From the NCBI GenBank assembly GCA_041690135.1, contig JAWLHY010000010.1, positions 96,001 through 160,000 on the forward strand: a stretch of DNA of 64,000 bases, in the 5' to 3' direction. This stretch comes from Armatimonadota bacterium (lineage in GTDB: Bacteria > Armatimonadota > SYMT01). The notes beneath the pieces are model-generated. The model was not told the origin of the DNA. It was given only the letters and a program-made list of their open reading frames with translations, and made no database searches. How positions within the stretch are numbered: position 1 is the stretch's first letter; the number at the start of each line of letters is the position of its first letter. A program made the translations under genes and the position numbers. Below, piece after piece: positions 1 through 9,274 of the stretch.

Positions 1-1054
1 GGTCGACCCCGATCGGCGAGGCGTACCCCGGCACGGCGCCCGCCGCGCGGATCTCCTCGTCCGTCGCGGGCCGGAGCCAGCGCGCGGAGATCGCATTCGA
101 AATCTTGGTCTCGTTGGCCTGGTGGTCGCCCCGCACCAGCGCCATTACCAGCACCTCGCGCGTGGCGTCGGGCTGAGCGCCGCTCTCGGCCGGCACTGCG
201 GCCGTGAAGAACACCACCTTGGCGGTGCGGCTCTGGGGCACCTGCAGGAACTCCGCCAGCGCCTCGATGCTGCTCGTCCCCGGTGTGGCGACCTTCTCCA
301 GGGGCTGCGCATCCTCGGCTTCAGGGGCATCCTTGCGGAACCGCGCCACCTGCTGGTTCGCGGAGTAGCCGCAAGCGTCGCACACCGCCAGGGTGTCCTC
401 GCCGATGTCGCACAGGAACATGAACTCGTGCGCCAGCTTCCCGCCCATCATGCCGGTGTCGGACTTCACGGCGATGACGTTCGGAAGGCCGCAGCGGCTG
501 AAGATGCGGAAGTAGGCGGTGTAGTGCGCCCGGTACTGCTTCTCCAGGCCCGCCTGGTCCACGTCCAGGCTATAAGAGTCCTTCATCGTGAACTCGCGGA
601 CCCGGATCAGGCCGGCGCGGGGCCGGGGCTCGTCGCGGAACTTGGTCTGGAGCTGGTAAACCAGGGCGGGAAGCTGGCGGTACGAGCGGATCTCCCGGCG
701 CACCAGGTCGGCCACCACCTCTTCGTGGGTCATCGCCAACACGAGATCCCGGTCGGCCCGGTCCTTCAGGCGGACCATTTCGTCGCCGATCTGGTACCAG
801 CGACCCGTTTCCTGCCAGAGCTCGGCGGGATGAACCACGGGCATGGTGATCTCCTGCCCGTCGATGGCGTCCATCTCCTCGCGGATGATCTGCTCGATCT
901 TGGCCATCGACCGGTGCCCGAACGGCAGGTAGGAAAAGATTCCCGCGGCAAGCTGGCGGACATAGGCCGCGCGGAGCAGAAGTTGATGACTCTGCACCTC
1001 TACGTCCGCGGGAGCAGCCCGCAGCGTGGTGCCGAAAACGTGGGACATTCGCAT
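1..1054 (-). CDS. proS: prolyl-tRNA synthetase (5' part; runs off window start)
   Basis: Absent from the ORF track because no stop lies in the window. Manual translation from ATG 1054: MRMSHVFGTTLR...SHQLLLRAAYVRQLAAGIFSYLP...THEEVV...QTKFRDEPRPRAGLIRVREFTMKDSYS, the class IIa ProRS motifs, followed by the editing insertion. Confidence 0.97.
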   Translation of the reverse strand, partial: MRMSHVFGTTLRAAPADVEVQSHQLLLRAAYVRQLAAGIFSYLPFGHRSMAKIEQIIREEMDAIDGQEITMPVVHPAELWQETGRWYQIGDEMVRLKDRADRDLVLAMTHEEVVADLVRREIRSYRQLPALVYQLQTKFRDEPRPRAGLIRVREFTMKDSYSLDVDQAGLEKQYRAHYTAYFRIFSRCGLPNVIAVKSDTGMMGGKLAHEFMFLCDIGEDTLAVCDACGYSANQQVARFRKDAPEAEDAQPLEKVATPGTSSIEALAEFLQVPQSRTAKVVFFTAAVPAESGAQPDATREVLVMALVRGDHQANETKISNAISARWLRPATDEEIRAAGAVPGYASPIGVD

Positions 1055-1245
1055 GGTCGTTTAAGAAATCTTTCTTTCCACCGGCCTTCCTCACCCGCGG
1101 CAGGAATTCCCGGCGGCGGCGAGGGAGTTGTGCACAGGGAGCGAGCGCCGGCTTCCCTCACGGTGGCTCACCCTACCGTTCGATGGTAACGGACGGGCGC
1201 ATCTTCAGGCAAGTTGAGTCTGCAGGTTGGAGGAGAACCCGCCCC

Positions 1246-1524
1246 ATGATCGCCTATAAAGACTTCGTTCCGAGACAGATCCGGGCGCCGCGCCTGTCGT
1301 TCAACCCGGCGGATGCCACGGGAGAATACGAAACCTTCGGCGCCGCCGTGGACGCGGCGAACCGCTGGCTCAAGCAGAACGACTTGAAGGTCCTCCAGAT
1401 GGAGACCGTCGTGCTGCCGAATATCTGGGCAACCTGGGAGCAGGGCACCCAGGACTCCTCGCTGATGACCCACGAGGGCGCCATGTGGCACCAGTTCCTG
1501 CGCGTGTGGTACGAGCTGGAATGA
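1246..1524 (+). CDS. small hypothetical protein (92 aa)
   Basis: GGAGGA upstream of ATG 1246; globular-looking sequence (ETVVLPNIW...QFLRVWY); GC3-biased codons. Confidence 0.8.
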   Translation: MIAYKDFVPRQIRAPRLSFNPADATGEYETFGAAVDAANRWLKQNDLKVLQMETVVLPNIWATWEQGTQDSSLMTHEGAMWHQFLRVWYELE

Positions 1525-1526
1525 GG

Positions 1527-1564
1527 ATGGGGCCTGTTCTTACCCCGGTAAGAACAGGCCCCAT
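1527..1564. terminator. perfect 18-bp inverted repeat; probable bidirectional terminator or REP-like hairpin
   Basis: ATGGGGCCTGTTCTTACC-CC-GGTAAGAACAGGCCCCAT between convergent genes; no clear U-tract. Confidence 0.55.
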
Positions 1565-1708
1565 TGAGACCTGGCAACGAGTACCCGTTTCGGTGCCGGG
1601 AGCCGACGCAGATTTACGCCCGGGTACCCACGGAGTGGGTGTGGGTGTCGGCTTTGCAATATGTAGGCGCGAGTTTACTCGTCCAGCCGCTTTGGAAGAT
1701 CCTCACCG

Positions 1709-4700
1709 TTATTCTTCGAGCTTGATCCCGAAGTGCTGCGCGAACATTGCCTGCGCGATGGGCGCGGCGACCCGCCCGCCCTGTCCGGCTCCTTCCACGA
1801 TGACGGCCACTGCCAGCTTCGGATCGTTTACCGGCGCCAGGGAAATGAACCAGGCGTGGTCATCGCCATGGGGGTTCTCCGCCGTGCCGGTCTTGCCACC
1901 GACTTCCAGTCCCGGAATGCGCGCCCGGCCGCCGGTGCCGGCTTTCACCACACTCGCCATCATCCGGCGGACGTGCTGGGCGGCCTGCGGGTCGACGCCC
2001 GTCAACCAGGGCTCCGGCTCCGTCGTTTGCAGCACGGTACCGTCGGGAGCTTCGTAACGTTCAATCACGTAAGGCTTCATAATCGTGCCGTTGTTGCCGA
2101 TGCCCGCGGCCACCAGGGCCATCTGCAGCGGCGTCACGGCCAGTGGTCCCTGCCCGAAGCCGATCTGTGGCGGGATCGAGGGCCATGGCTCGTTGTAGGG
2201 ATCGAGAAGCCCACGCGCGGTCTCCACCGACATGGGTGGCGTAACCCCGATACCCAGGCGCTTGGCGCCTTCGATCAGGCGTTCCTTGCCCAGCTTCAAG
2301 CCAACCTTTCCGAACGTGACGTTACAGGAGACCCGCAGGGCATCCGCGAAAGTGAGGCCACCGTGGGCCTTTCCCCCGAAGCAGCGCCAGGTATAGTTGC
2401 CTACGCTGGCATAGCCGGGACAGGAGAACCGCGTTTCCGGCGTAACCACGCCTTCGTTCAGGGCGATCGCCGCGGTGACCACTTTGAACGTGGAGCCGGG
2501 CGGATACACGCCCTGGGTCGCGGGGAAGAGCAACGGGTTCCGCGGATCGCTGGTCAACTCCTCCCAGCGTTCGTCCACCCGGTGCAGGGGGTAACGCGGG
2601 TTGCTCACAATCGCGCGGATGGCGCCCGTGCGAGGATCGATGGCCACGATGGACCCCTTACGCTCGCCCAGCAGCTCGGCGGCCTTCTTCTGCAGACCCA
2701 GGTTGATCGTCAGGCGCACGTTATCGCCCGGCAGCGCCTGTGCGGCGCGGTCGAGGGCTCCGGCAATGCTCCGGTAGTGGCGCATTCCCTGCAGCGCGGC
2801 ATCGGCTTCTCCTTCGACGCCTGTCTTACCATGGCGCTGGCTGCTGTATCCCAAAATGCCGGACAGCAGGCTGCCGGTAGGTGTATGCCGCCGGTACTCC
2901 CCATCCTTATAGATGGACTGCGAGATGACCTCGCCATGCACCGAAAGGATCTGCCCGCGGTTGATCTGGGGCGCGATGATCGTGAGGCGAGGATTGTTCT
3001 TACTGCGGGTCAGGGCGCTCGCTTCCCGTATCTGCCAATGGAACAACAGCGCGCCGAGCCCGGCGAAGCCGAGGGTTACGCCCGCCATCACCCAGCCCAT
3101 CTGCCGCTTCCACGAAAAGCGGTTGGGCCGCCGCGCTCGGACCGCCACCGGCTGGGCCGCCGCGCCGCTCACCCCCATGAGCACGCCGATCAGTGCCAGG
3201 TTCACCACCAGCGAGGTGCCGCCGTAACTGACGAACGGGAGCGTCACCCCGGTCAGGGGCAGCAACCGGACGAGCCCGCCCACGATGACCAGGGTCTGCA
3301 GCGCCAGCACGGTGCTGAGGCCGGCGGCGAGGAGACCGAGGAAATCGTCGTCCGCGCGGCGTGCCGCGCGGTAACCCCGGAAGATCAGGATGCCGAGGAG
3401 TGACAGTACCGCCAGTGATCCCAGCAGGCCCAGTTCCTCGCCGATCACCGCCATGGGCAGGTCGGTGTGCGCCGCCGGAATGAGATGCGGAAAGCCCTTG
3501 CCCAGGCCCACGCCTTCCAGGCCACCCGCCGCCAGGGCATACAGTCCCTGGCTGATCTGGTAGCCGAGCCCCTGCGGGTCCTGCCACGGATCGAGCCACA
3601 AGCTCACCCGTTCGCGGACCCGGTCGAAGGCCGCCGCGCTGAGGATCGCGCCGAAGGCGAAGGCGCCGATGCTCACCAGAACGAAGATGACCCGGCCGCT
3701 CGCCATCCCCAGAAACGCCACGAATAGGCCGAAGAAGAGGAGCGCCGTCCCCAGGTCCCGCTGGACCACCAGCAGCCCCAGGGCCACCGCCAGCGCCAGG
3801 ACCATCGGTCCCACGTAGCGGATGTCCGAGCGCGTGAGGCCCCAGCTCCGGCCGGACCGGGCGACCAGCTCCTGGCGCTCGCTGAGCAGCCCGGCCAGGA
3901 AGATCGCCAGCAGCAGCTTCGCCGGTTCGGCCGGCTGGAACTGGAACCCGAGAAGGTTCACGGAGAGCCGCTGGCCCCCGACCTCATTCCCTACAAACAG
4001 GGTGGCCACCAGGAGTCCCAGGCCGGTAACCAGGGCCAGGTAGCGGTACCGTCCCAGGGACTTCAGCGGCAGGACCCCGGCAAGGGTGAGGGCGCCGAGG
4101 CCCAGCCCACCCGCCAGTGCCTGGTTCGTGTAAAGGTCCGGGCGGGTCCGCAGTACGATCGCCAGACCCAATCCGAAGAGGGCCAGTGCGCTCGGAACCA
4201 GCAGCGGGTCGATCACCACGCGCCGGCGTCGCACGAGGAAGGTTGCCAGCCAGGCCCCCGCAACCAGCCCCAGGCTCCACTGGTGTACTTCGGCCGATGG
4301 GGGCCGGGCCGCACTTGCCGTGCCCCAGGCCGACCACTGCATGAAGAGGAAGAGCGAGCTGGAAAGTGCCAGCAGGAACCACACCCACAGGTGCGGCTGC
4401 CAGGGGGCCCGGCGCTCCTGCCGGAAGCGGAACGGCTGCTCCGCCACCTCCACCATGTCGCCGTCTCGCAGCGCAATGCTGCGGTCCAGGCGGACGCCGT
4501 TGACCTTGACCCCCGACTGGCTCCCGAGGTCCTTCATCCAGTAGGTCGCCTGTTCCGGGATCACGGCCGCATGCCTTAAGGCCACGGTGCGGTAGGCCAG
4601 GCGGATATCCGCTTCGGCCGCCCGGCCGATGATCACATCGTGTCCGTTCAGCTCATGCCGCTGTCCCGGCGGCATTTCGCCGCCGGGAAGGGAAATCAGG

Positions 4701-4870
4701 GATGCGCTTCCGGCCCTTCCTTTCCAGGAGCGCAGCGCCAGCTCCCAGATACCGTAAAAAAGGGCCAGCCCAACGAGCAGCCACAGCCCGATCTGGATGG
4801 TTTGGGTATCACCCGGCAGGTACCCGTCGATCCAGTTGAGGGCCGATTGTAGCCAGAGATCAATCCGCAT
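1709..4870 (-). CDS. FHA domain + RodA/FtsW (SEDS) + class B penicillin-binding protein fusion
   Basis: N-terminal TM helix; FHA (IIGRAAEADI...VNG); SEDS motifs FQPAEPAK, QRDLGT, PAAHTD, GVTLPFVSYGGTS; transpeptidase motifs GSTFK, SCN, KTGTAE. One uninterrupted ORF. Confidence 0.95.
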   Translation of the reverse strand: MRIDLWLQSALNWIDGYLPGDTQTIQIGLWLLVGLALFYGIWELALRSWKGRAGSASLISLPGGEMPPGQRHELNGHDVIIGRAAEADIRLAYRTVALRHAAVIPEQATYWMKDLGSQSGVKVNGVRLDRSIALRDGDMVEVAEQPFRFRQERRAPWQPHLWVWFLLALSSSLFLFMQWSAWGTASAARPPSAEVHQWSLGLVAGAWLATFLVRRRRVVIDPLLVPSALALFGLGLAIVLRTRPDLYTNQALAGGLGLGALTLAGVLPLKSLGRYRYLALVTGLGLLVATLFVGNEVGGQRLSVNLLGFQFQPAEPAKLLLAIFLAGLLSERQELVARSGRSWGLTRSDIRYVGPMVLALAVALGLLVVQRDLGTALLFFGLFVAFLGMASGRVIFVLVSIGAFAFGAILSAAAFDRVRERVSLWLDPWQDPQGLGYQISQGLYALAAGGLEGVGLGKGFPHLIPAAHTDLPMAVIGEELGLLGSLAVLSLLGILIFRGYRAARRADDDFLGLLAAGLSTVLALQTLVIVGGLVRLLPLTGVTLPFVSYGGTSLVVNLALIGVLMGVSGAAAQPVAVRARRPNRFSWKRQMGWVMAGVTLGFAGLGALLFHWQIREASALTRSKNNPRLTIIAPQINRGQILSVHGEVISQSIYKDGEYRRHTPTGSLLSGILGYSSQRHGKTGVEGEADAALQGMRHYRSIAGALDRAAQALPGDNVRLTINLGLQKKAAELLGERKGSIVAIDPRTGAIRAIVSNPRYPLHRVDERWEELTSDPRNPLLFPATQGVYPPGSTFKVVTAAIALNEGVVTPETRFSCPGYASVGNYTWRCFGGKAHGGLTFADALRVSCNVTFGKVGLKLGKERLIEGAKRLGIGVTPPMSVETARGLLDPYNEPWPSIPPQIGFGQGPLAVTPLQMALVAAGIGNNGTIMKPYVIERYEAPDGTVLQTTEPEPWLTGVDPQAAQHVRRMMASVVKAGTGGRARIPGLEVGGKTGTAENPHGDDHAWFISLAPVNDPKLAVAVIVEGAGQGGRVAAPIAQAMFAQHFGIKLEE

Positions 4871-5645
4871 GGACCGGGTCCCTCACCTCGGAAGCGGCCA
4901 GGCGGAAACGGAATACGTTTCGGCCGATCCGCACCACGTCGCCGTCGCGCAGGCGGCCGTCGTGTTCCTCATCATCGTTGATCAGGAGCGATGGTCCGCC
5001 ATCCAGCCCTACCTCTTCCAAGCGCCAGGAGTTGCCGTCCGGCTCGATCCGCGCGTACTTCGGCGGAATCTCCGGGTCCTGCAGCCGGATATCGCACTCC
5101 GTGCTGCGTCCCAGGAACATCGTCCGGGGAAGAAGGGTGAACGTCCGGTTCGCATCGGGGCCCCGTTCCACCTGAAGTCTTCCAACGTGCTCCTCCGGCG
5201 CGAACTGGAAGTCGAAACCCAGCCCCTTGCGGGCCGCCTCTTCCGCGAGGCGCACATCGTCTAGCGAACCATGGATGCGCATCCGTCCTCGCCCGACCTT
5301 TTCTTGCGCGGTCAGCGTGACCTGGATGGGACCCGTCACGGCATAGTCGCGGTCGATGACCCACTCGCCGACGAACCGCTGAAATTCGGCCTGCAACTCC
5401 AGCGCGATCGGCTGGAGGGTGGCCATGTCCTTGGGGTGGAGACCCACGACGAAGCGATTGGGGACGAAGACCCGGTTGAGGGTGATGATCTTTTGCTCTT
5501 CCGCCTCACGAGTCAGGCGACGAGCCACCTCCAACGGTTGGATCTTCCCCCGGAGGATCAAGCCGAAAGCGCCTTCCACCACGCTTTCAACCATCGACTC
5601 GAGACGTTCCAGCAGCACTTTTTGTGTTCTCCCGGGATGTTCCAA
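4860..5645 (-). CDS. fhaA: FhaA-like protein (DUF3662 + FHA)
   Basis: N-terminal VEGAF...IQPLEVARRLTRE...PNRFVVGL typical of DUF3662; C-terminal FHA-like fold; overlaps the fusion start by 11 bp. Start codon uncertain. Confidence 0.88.
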   Translation of the reverse strand: MEHPGRTQKVLLERLESMVESVVEGAFGLILRGKIQPLEVARRLTREAEEQKIITLNRVFVPNRFVVGLHPKDMATLQPIALELQAEFQRFVGEWVIDRDYAVTGPIQVTLTAQEKVGRGRMRIHGSLDDVRLAEEAARKGLGFDFQFAPEEHVGRLQVERGPDANRTFTLLPRTMFLGRSTECDIRLQDPEIPPKYARIEPDGNSWRLEEVGLDGGPSLLINDDEEHDGRLRDGDVVRIGRNVFRFRLAASEVRDPVHAD

Positions 5646-5835
5646 AACCTAATGACATCCGGTTATCCCCAGAATGCCAGCTTGCTATTCGCGTTGCACG
5701 ACGGACTTGATTCGGGTTCCGAGAAGTCCGGCACTTCGGCGCGACTCCGGGATAAGGTTCCTCTGCGGGAGAAGCAACGGCGCGCGGGAGACGTGCGCGC
5801 GGTGGGACTGCACGGTAACGTGGGGAGATCGAGGG

Positions 5836-6897
5836 ATGAGGATCATGCTGGTGGGCCGCAACGCCCAGATCGGCGGCGGCAGCACCTTCCGGTTGAATAT
5901 CGGCCGGGGCCTCCAGGAACGGGGCCACCAGGTAGCGATTGCGGCCTCCGGAGGGCCGATGGTGGAGCGCTACCGCAAGGCGGGACTCGCTTTTCACTGG
6001 GTACCCGCCTTCGAGTTCTGCGCCCCCCTCCTCCTCCGCGCAATGAACCACGAGCGGACGGAGTTGATCCACGCCTCGAACACGACCGCGGGCGATGTGG
6101 CGCTGATTGCCTCCCAGAAGTCCGGGGTGCCGCTGGTGGTTTCCCTCCACAACACCATCGCCGATCACGAGGCGCGGCATGTGTGCCTCAAGGAGGCCCG
6201 GCGCATCCTGGTGTTCGACTCCGGGGCGGCCCAGAGCGCCGGCAAGTTCACCCAGGAGTTCGACACGTCGAAGATCCTGCAGCTCCCTCGCCCCGTGGAG
6301 CATCGCCCCATCCGCCAGGAGGACGTGACCCCTCTGGACGTGGTGTACGTGGCCCGGCTGAGCAGTCGCAAGGGCAAGGTGGCGATGAGCCTGATCGAGG
6401 CGTTCGGTGAGTTTGCCCGGGAGAACAGCGGCGCGCGGCTGCGGATCCTCGGGGGCGGCTCACGCAAGGCCGAGGTGACGCGGCTGGCCAACGAAGTCGC
6501 GGCGGCCTCCGGGTGCGAGATCAACGTGACGGGTCCCGTGCTCGATCCCGGCGCGCTGCTCGGCTCCACCGGAGTGCTGGTGGGCGCCGGTTACGCCGCA
6601 CTGGAGGCCGTGATGCAGGGGCGCGCCGTGGTCGGCGCCGGGTTCAACGGCTACGGCATGGTCACCGAGGAGAATCTCTTCGATGCCATCAACTGCAACT
6701 TCGGCGACACGGTCCACCGCTGGGACATGACGTCCGAGAATTTCCTTCAAGCCCTGCGGACCCTTAACACGGCCTGGTCCGACCCCGCGACGCGTTCCCG
6801 CTACTGGGGTCTGGACCGGATTGCGGCGCCCCAGCATGGGATCGCCGCCGTCGCCGCCCGGTTGGAAGCGGTCTACCAGGAAGTCCAGGGCGCCTGA
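5836..6897 (+). CDS. glycosyltransferase family 4
   Basis: MRIMLV...GGG...RGHQV, YVARL..RKG, ALEAVMQGRAVV: GT-B motifs. Confidence 0.88.
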   Translation: MRIMLVGRNAQIGGGSTFRLNIGRGLQERGHQVAIAASGGPMVERYRKAGLAFHWVPAFEFCAPLLLRAMNHERTELIHASNTTAGDVALIASQKSGVPLVVSLHNTIADHEARHVCLKEARRILVFDSGAAQSAGKFTQEFDTSKILQLPRPVEHRPIRQEDVTPLDVVYVARLSSRKGKVAMSLIEAFGEFARENSGARLRILGGGSRKAEVTRLANEVAAASGCEINVTGPVLDPGALLGSTGVLVGAGYAALEAVMQGRAVVGAGFNGYGMVTEENLFDAINCNFGDTVHRWDMTSENFLQALRTLNTAWSDPATRSRYWGLDRIAAPQHGIAAVAARLEAVYQEVQGA

Positions 6898-6931
6898 GCA
6901 AGACCGCCGAGCAGAGGAACCGTTTTGCCCG

Positions 6932-6995
6932 CGGAACACACGGAATTACGCGGAAGGGGACGGAAGCAGACGGAAAAGGACGGAAGGGAGCGGAA
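6932..6995 (+). repeat. seven phased CGGAA motifs
   Basis: CGGAA at 6932, 6941, 6951, 6961, 6971, 6981, 6991. Confidence 0.85.
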
Positions 6996-7131
6996 GGGCC
7001 CCGCGACGGGCTGAAGCCGCACCCCCCGTGTTGGCGAGCTATACGGGCGTTTCGGCGCTCCCGTTACCCTCGGAGGTGTCCGTACGGACTCAGTCCGGCG
7101 AGGAGATGGGCACCCTTATCAGCGATTCTGT

Positions 7132-9264
7132 TTAGACTTCAAACTCCCGTTGAACCACGACCAGGGTGCGATCATCCAAGCGTTCCACAAGCGCCGAGAC
7201 GACGTGGTGGCCGGGAGGAGCCGCGGGAAGGGCGGCGCGATGGTAGCGGTCGATCAACCGGCCGCGCGGATCCCTGGAATGGGCCGGTTGGGTCTCTATG
7301 GGGCGGCCGTCCAGTTCCAGCCGGACCAGGCGTACGCGTTCCTGTTTGAGCACGCCCTGGGTCGTCGCATCGGACCAACAGCGCACCCGCAGCGCAATCC
7401 CCTGTTCCGGCCTGCCGGCCTCGTATGGGTCTTCGGGACGTATTACCGCGACCACGGCGTGGGGGCGTCGGATCGCTTCCGGCCGGTCACCCCACCAGCG
7501 CCACTGGTCTTCGCGGCGGGTCATGAACTCGAGAACCTCGGGCATCCCGTGGCGCCAGGTCTGGTAGTGGGAGAGCGCGTCGTGCCGCACCGCGGCCACC
7601 CAGTTGTTCTTGAGAGCAGTACGCCATGCCTCCCAGGTTGGCTCCGTACCCAGGAACAGGGTGCGGAAGCCTGCCAGCACGTCCGTCCACCACCAAGCCT
7701 CGGTGCCGTGAGCATCCTGCAGCGTAATGAACGGCAGCCGTCCGTAATACCGGTAGAGCCACGGCTCGCTGTTGGGGAAGTCGGGATTGCCGAAGTGGAA
7801 CGTGCTGATGGCCGCATAGCCTCCCCGCTCCACGGACTCGTCCAGAACGGCACGCGCGTATTCTTCGTTATCGCCGAACTGCCAGTAAAGCAGGCCGTCC
7901 GCCTGTTCCAGAGCGGCGAGCCGGCGCTTGCGGAATTCCTTCCAGGTCAGTGGACCGGTGCCGGCAAGGGAAGGCCCCGGGTCCTTCCCTGGGGCCGCCA
8001 TGATGTCGCTGATATGGTTGTAATCTCCCAATCCACCGATAGCGGCGTGCGTCCCGTACTCTTCATTGGCCGGGAAGAAGGTGACCGGAACCCCCCGCTG
8101 TTTCGCAATAGCCTGTGCCGCGGCGATCCAGCCCGGTTTCGCATTCTTCGCGCCCCAGAGATGAATGGTGAGCGCCGCTGCCAGATCTACCGCGTCCGAA
8201 GGGCTGCCGGAACCCGGCGCCTGAACTTGCAGCGTGAATACCTTCAGGTCCTGGGCAATCTTGGGGCGAGTGGTGGCTGGTTGGGTTCGCGGGACCGGCT
8301 TCTCCAGGATGCGTTGACGCTCCCCCAGGGTGTCCACCGCGTCCAGAGCGGAGTAGCACGCTGTGGGGTTTGAATGCCATCCCGGCCGATGACCGAACCC
8401 ACCGTCGGCGTTTCGCAGTGAGGCCAGATAACGAAGCGCCCCTTCCCGATCGACCGGAGCAGCGCCCAACAGATGGAGGGCCCGGAGCGCGGCCCAGGTG
8501 TAGTCCACGTCGTCGACTGCTCCGACGTCGGCACCGGGGGCATAGGTGAAACCGCCAATCGGAAGCTGACACGCCTGCAACCAGCGGATCGTCTCCGCCC
8601 GAAGATCGAGGGGGAGGCCCAGCGCCGCCAGGGATTGGAGACCCCACCACGTGTGCATCACATGCCCATCCCCTCCATCTTCGACCTTGACCTGATTGAA
8701 GCTGCCGTTAGGTCGACGGCGCTCCAGGATGAAGTTCCGCAGGTTGGGCGAAACTTCCGCCGGAGGAAGGCCCAATAACTGCCGGCAGAGTAAGATGTGG
8801 GCCTGGAGTTGGAAGGGCGGATACCGATGCTCCTCATACCGGCTGGTATCGTTCGAGAGGCCGGTCCACCCGACAAATGACTCCCGAAATGGCGTCACGT
8901 CCGCGCCTAGCCAGAGGAGACTGCGTATTTACTGGTATTCGAAGACGGGAAGCCGATGCTCCAGCGTTTTGAGGGCGAAGGGGTGGTGCGTTCGAATGAA
9001 CTCCGCCAGTCTCTCTGCGTGGGGAGGCTTTTGCCCCAGTTGCTGATAGCAACCCACGACGGCATAGGTCGGGGTGAGGTGGGAGCGGTCCTGACCCGCC
9101 CAGCCGTATCCACCGTCCGGTCGTGCCAGGGCTTCCAGGTACTGCAGGAGGCGCTGTTCCCCGGTTGCAGGCGAGGGAGCCGCCTGTGCCGGGAGCACGG
9201 TGGCCAGGCCTCCGCCCGCCAGGGCCTGGAGGCAGCGGCGCCGGTTGATGGAAAAAGGTGACAT
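7132..9264 (-). pseudogene. Tat-signal prenyltransferase/squalene-oxidase-repeat protein with one in-frame TAA (8929-8931)
   Basis: ORFs 8929..9264 and 7132..8898 share a frame: ...VFEYQ*IRSLLWLGADVTPF...; repeats LARPDGGYG, RRPNGSF, CQLPIGGF, LRNADGGFG; N-terminal RRR followed by a hydrophobic stretch. Confidence 0.8.
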
Positions 9265-9274
9265 CAGGTGCCCG

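Noticed and set aside
122-1189. 355-aa plus-strand ORF
   Set aside because: Antisense shadow of proS, which carries the real motifs.
1055-1245. Possible T-box leader for proS
   Set aside because: No convincing T-box consensus or terminator, and the region is short.
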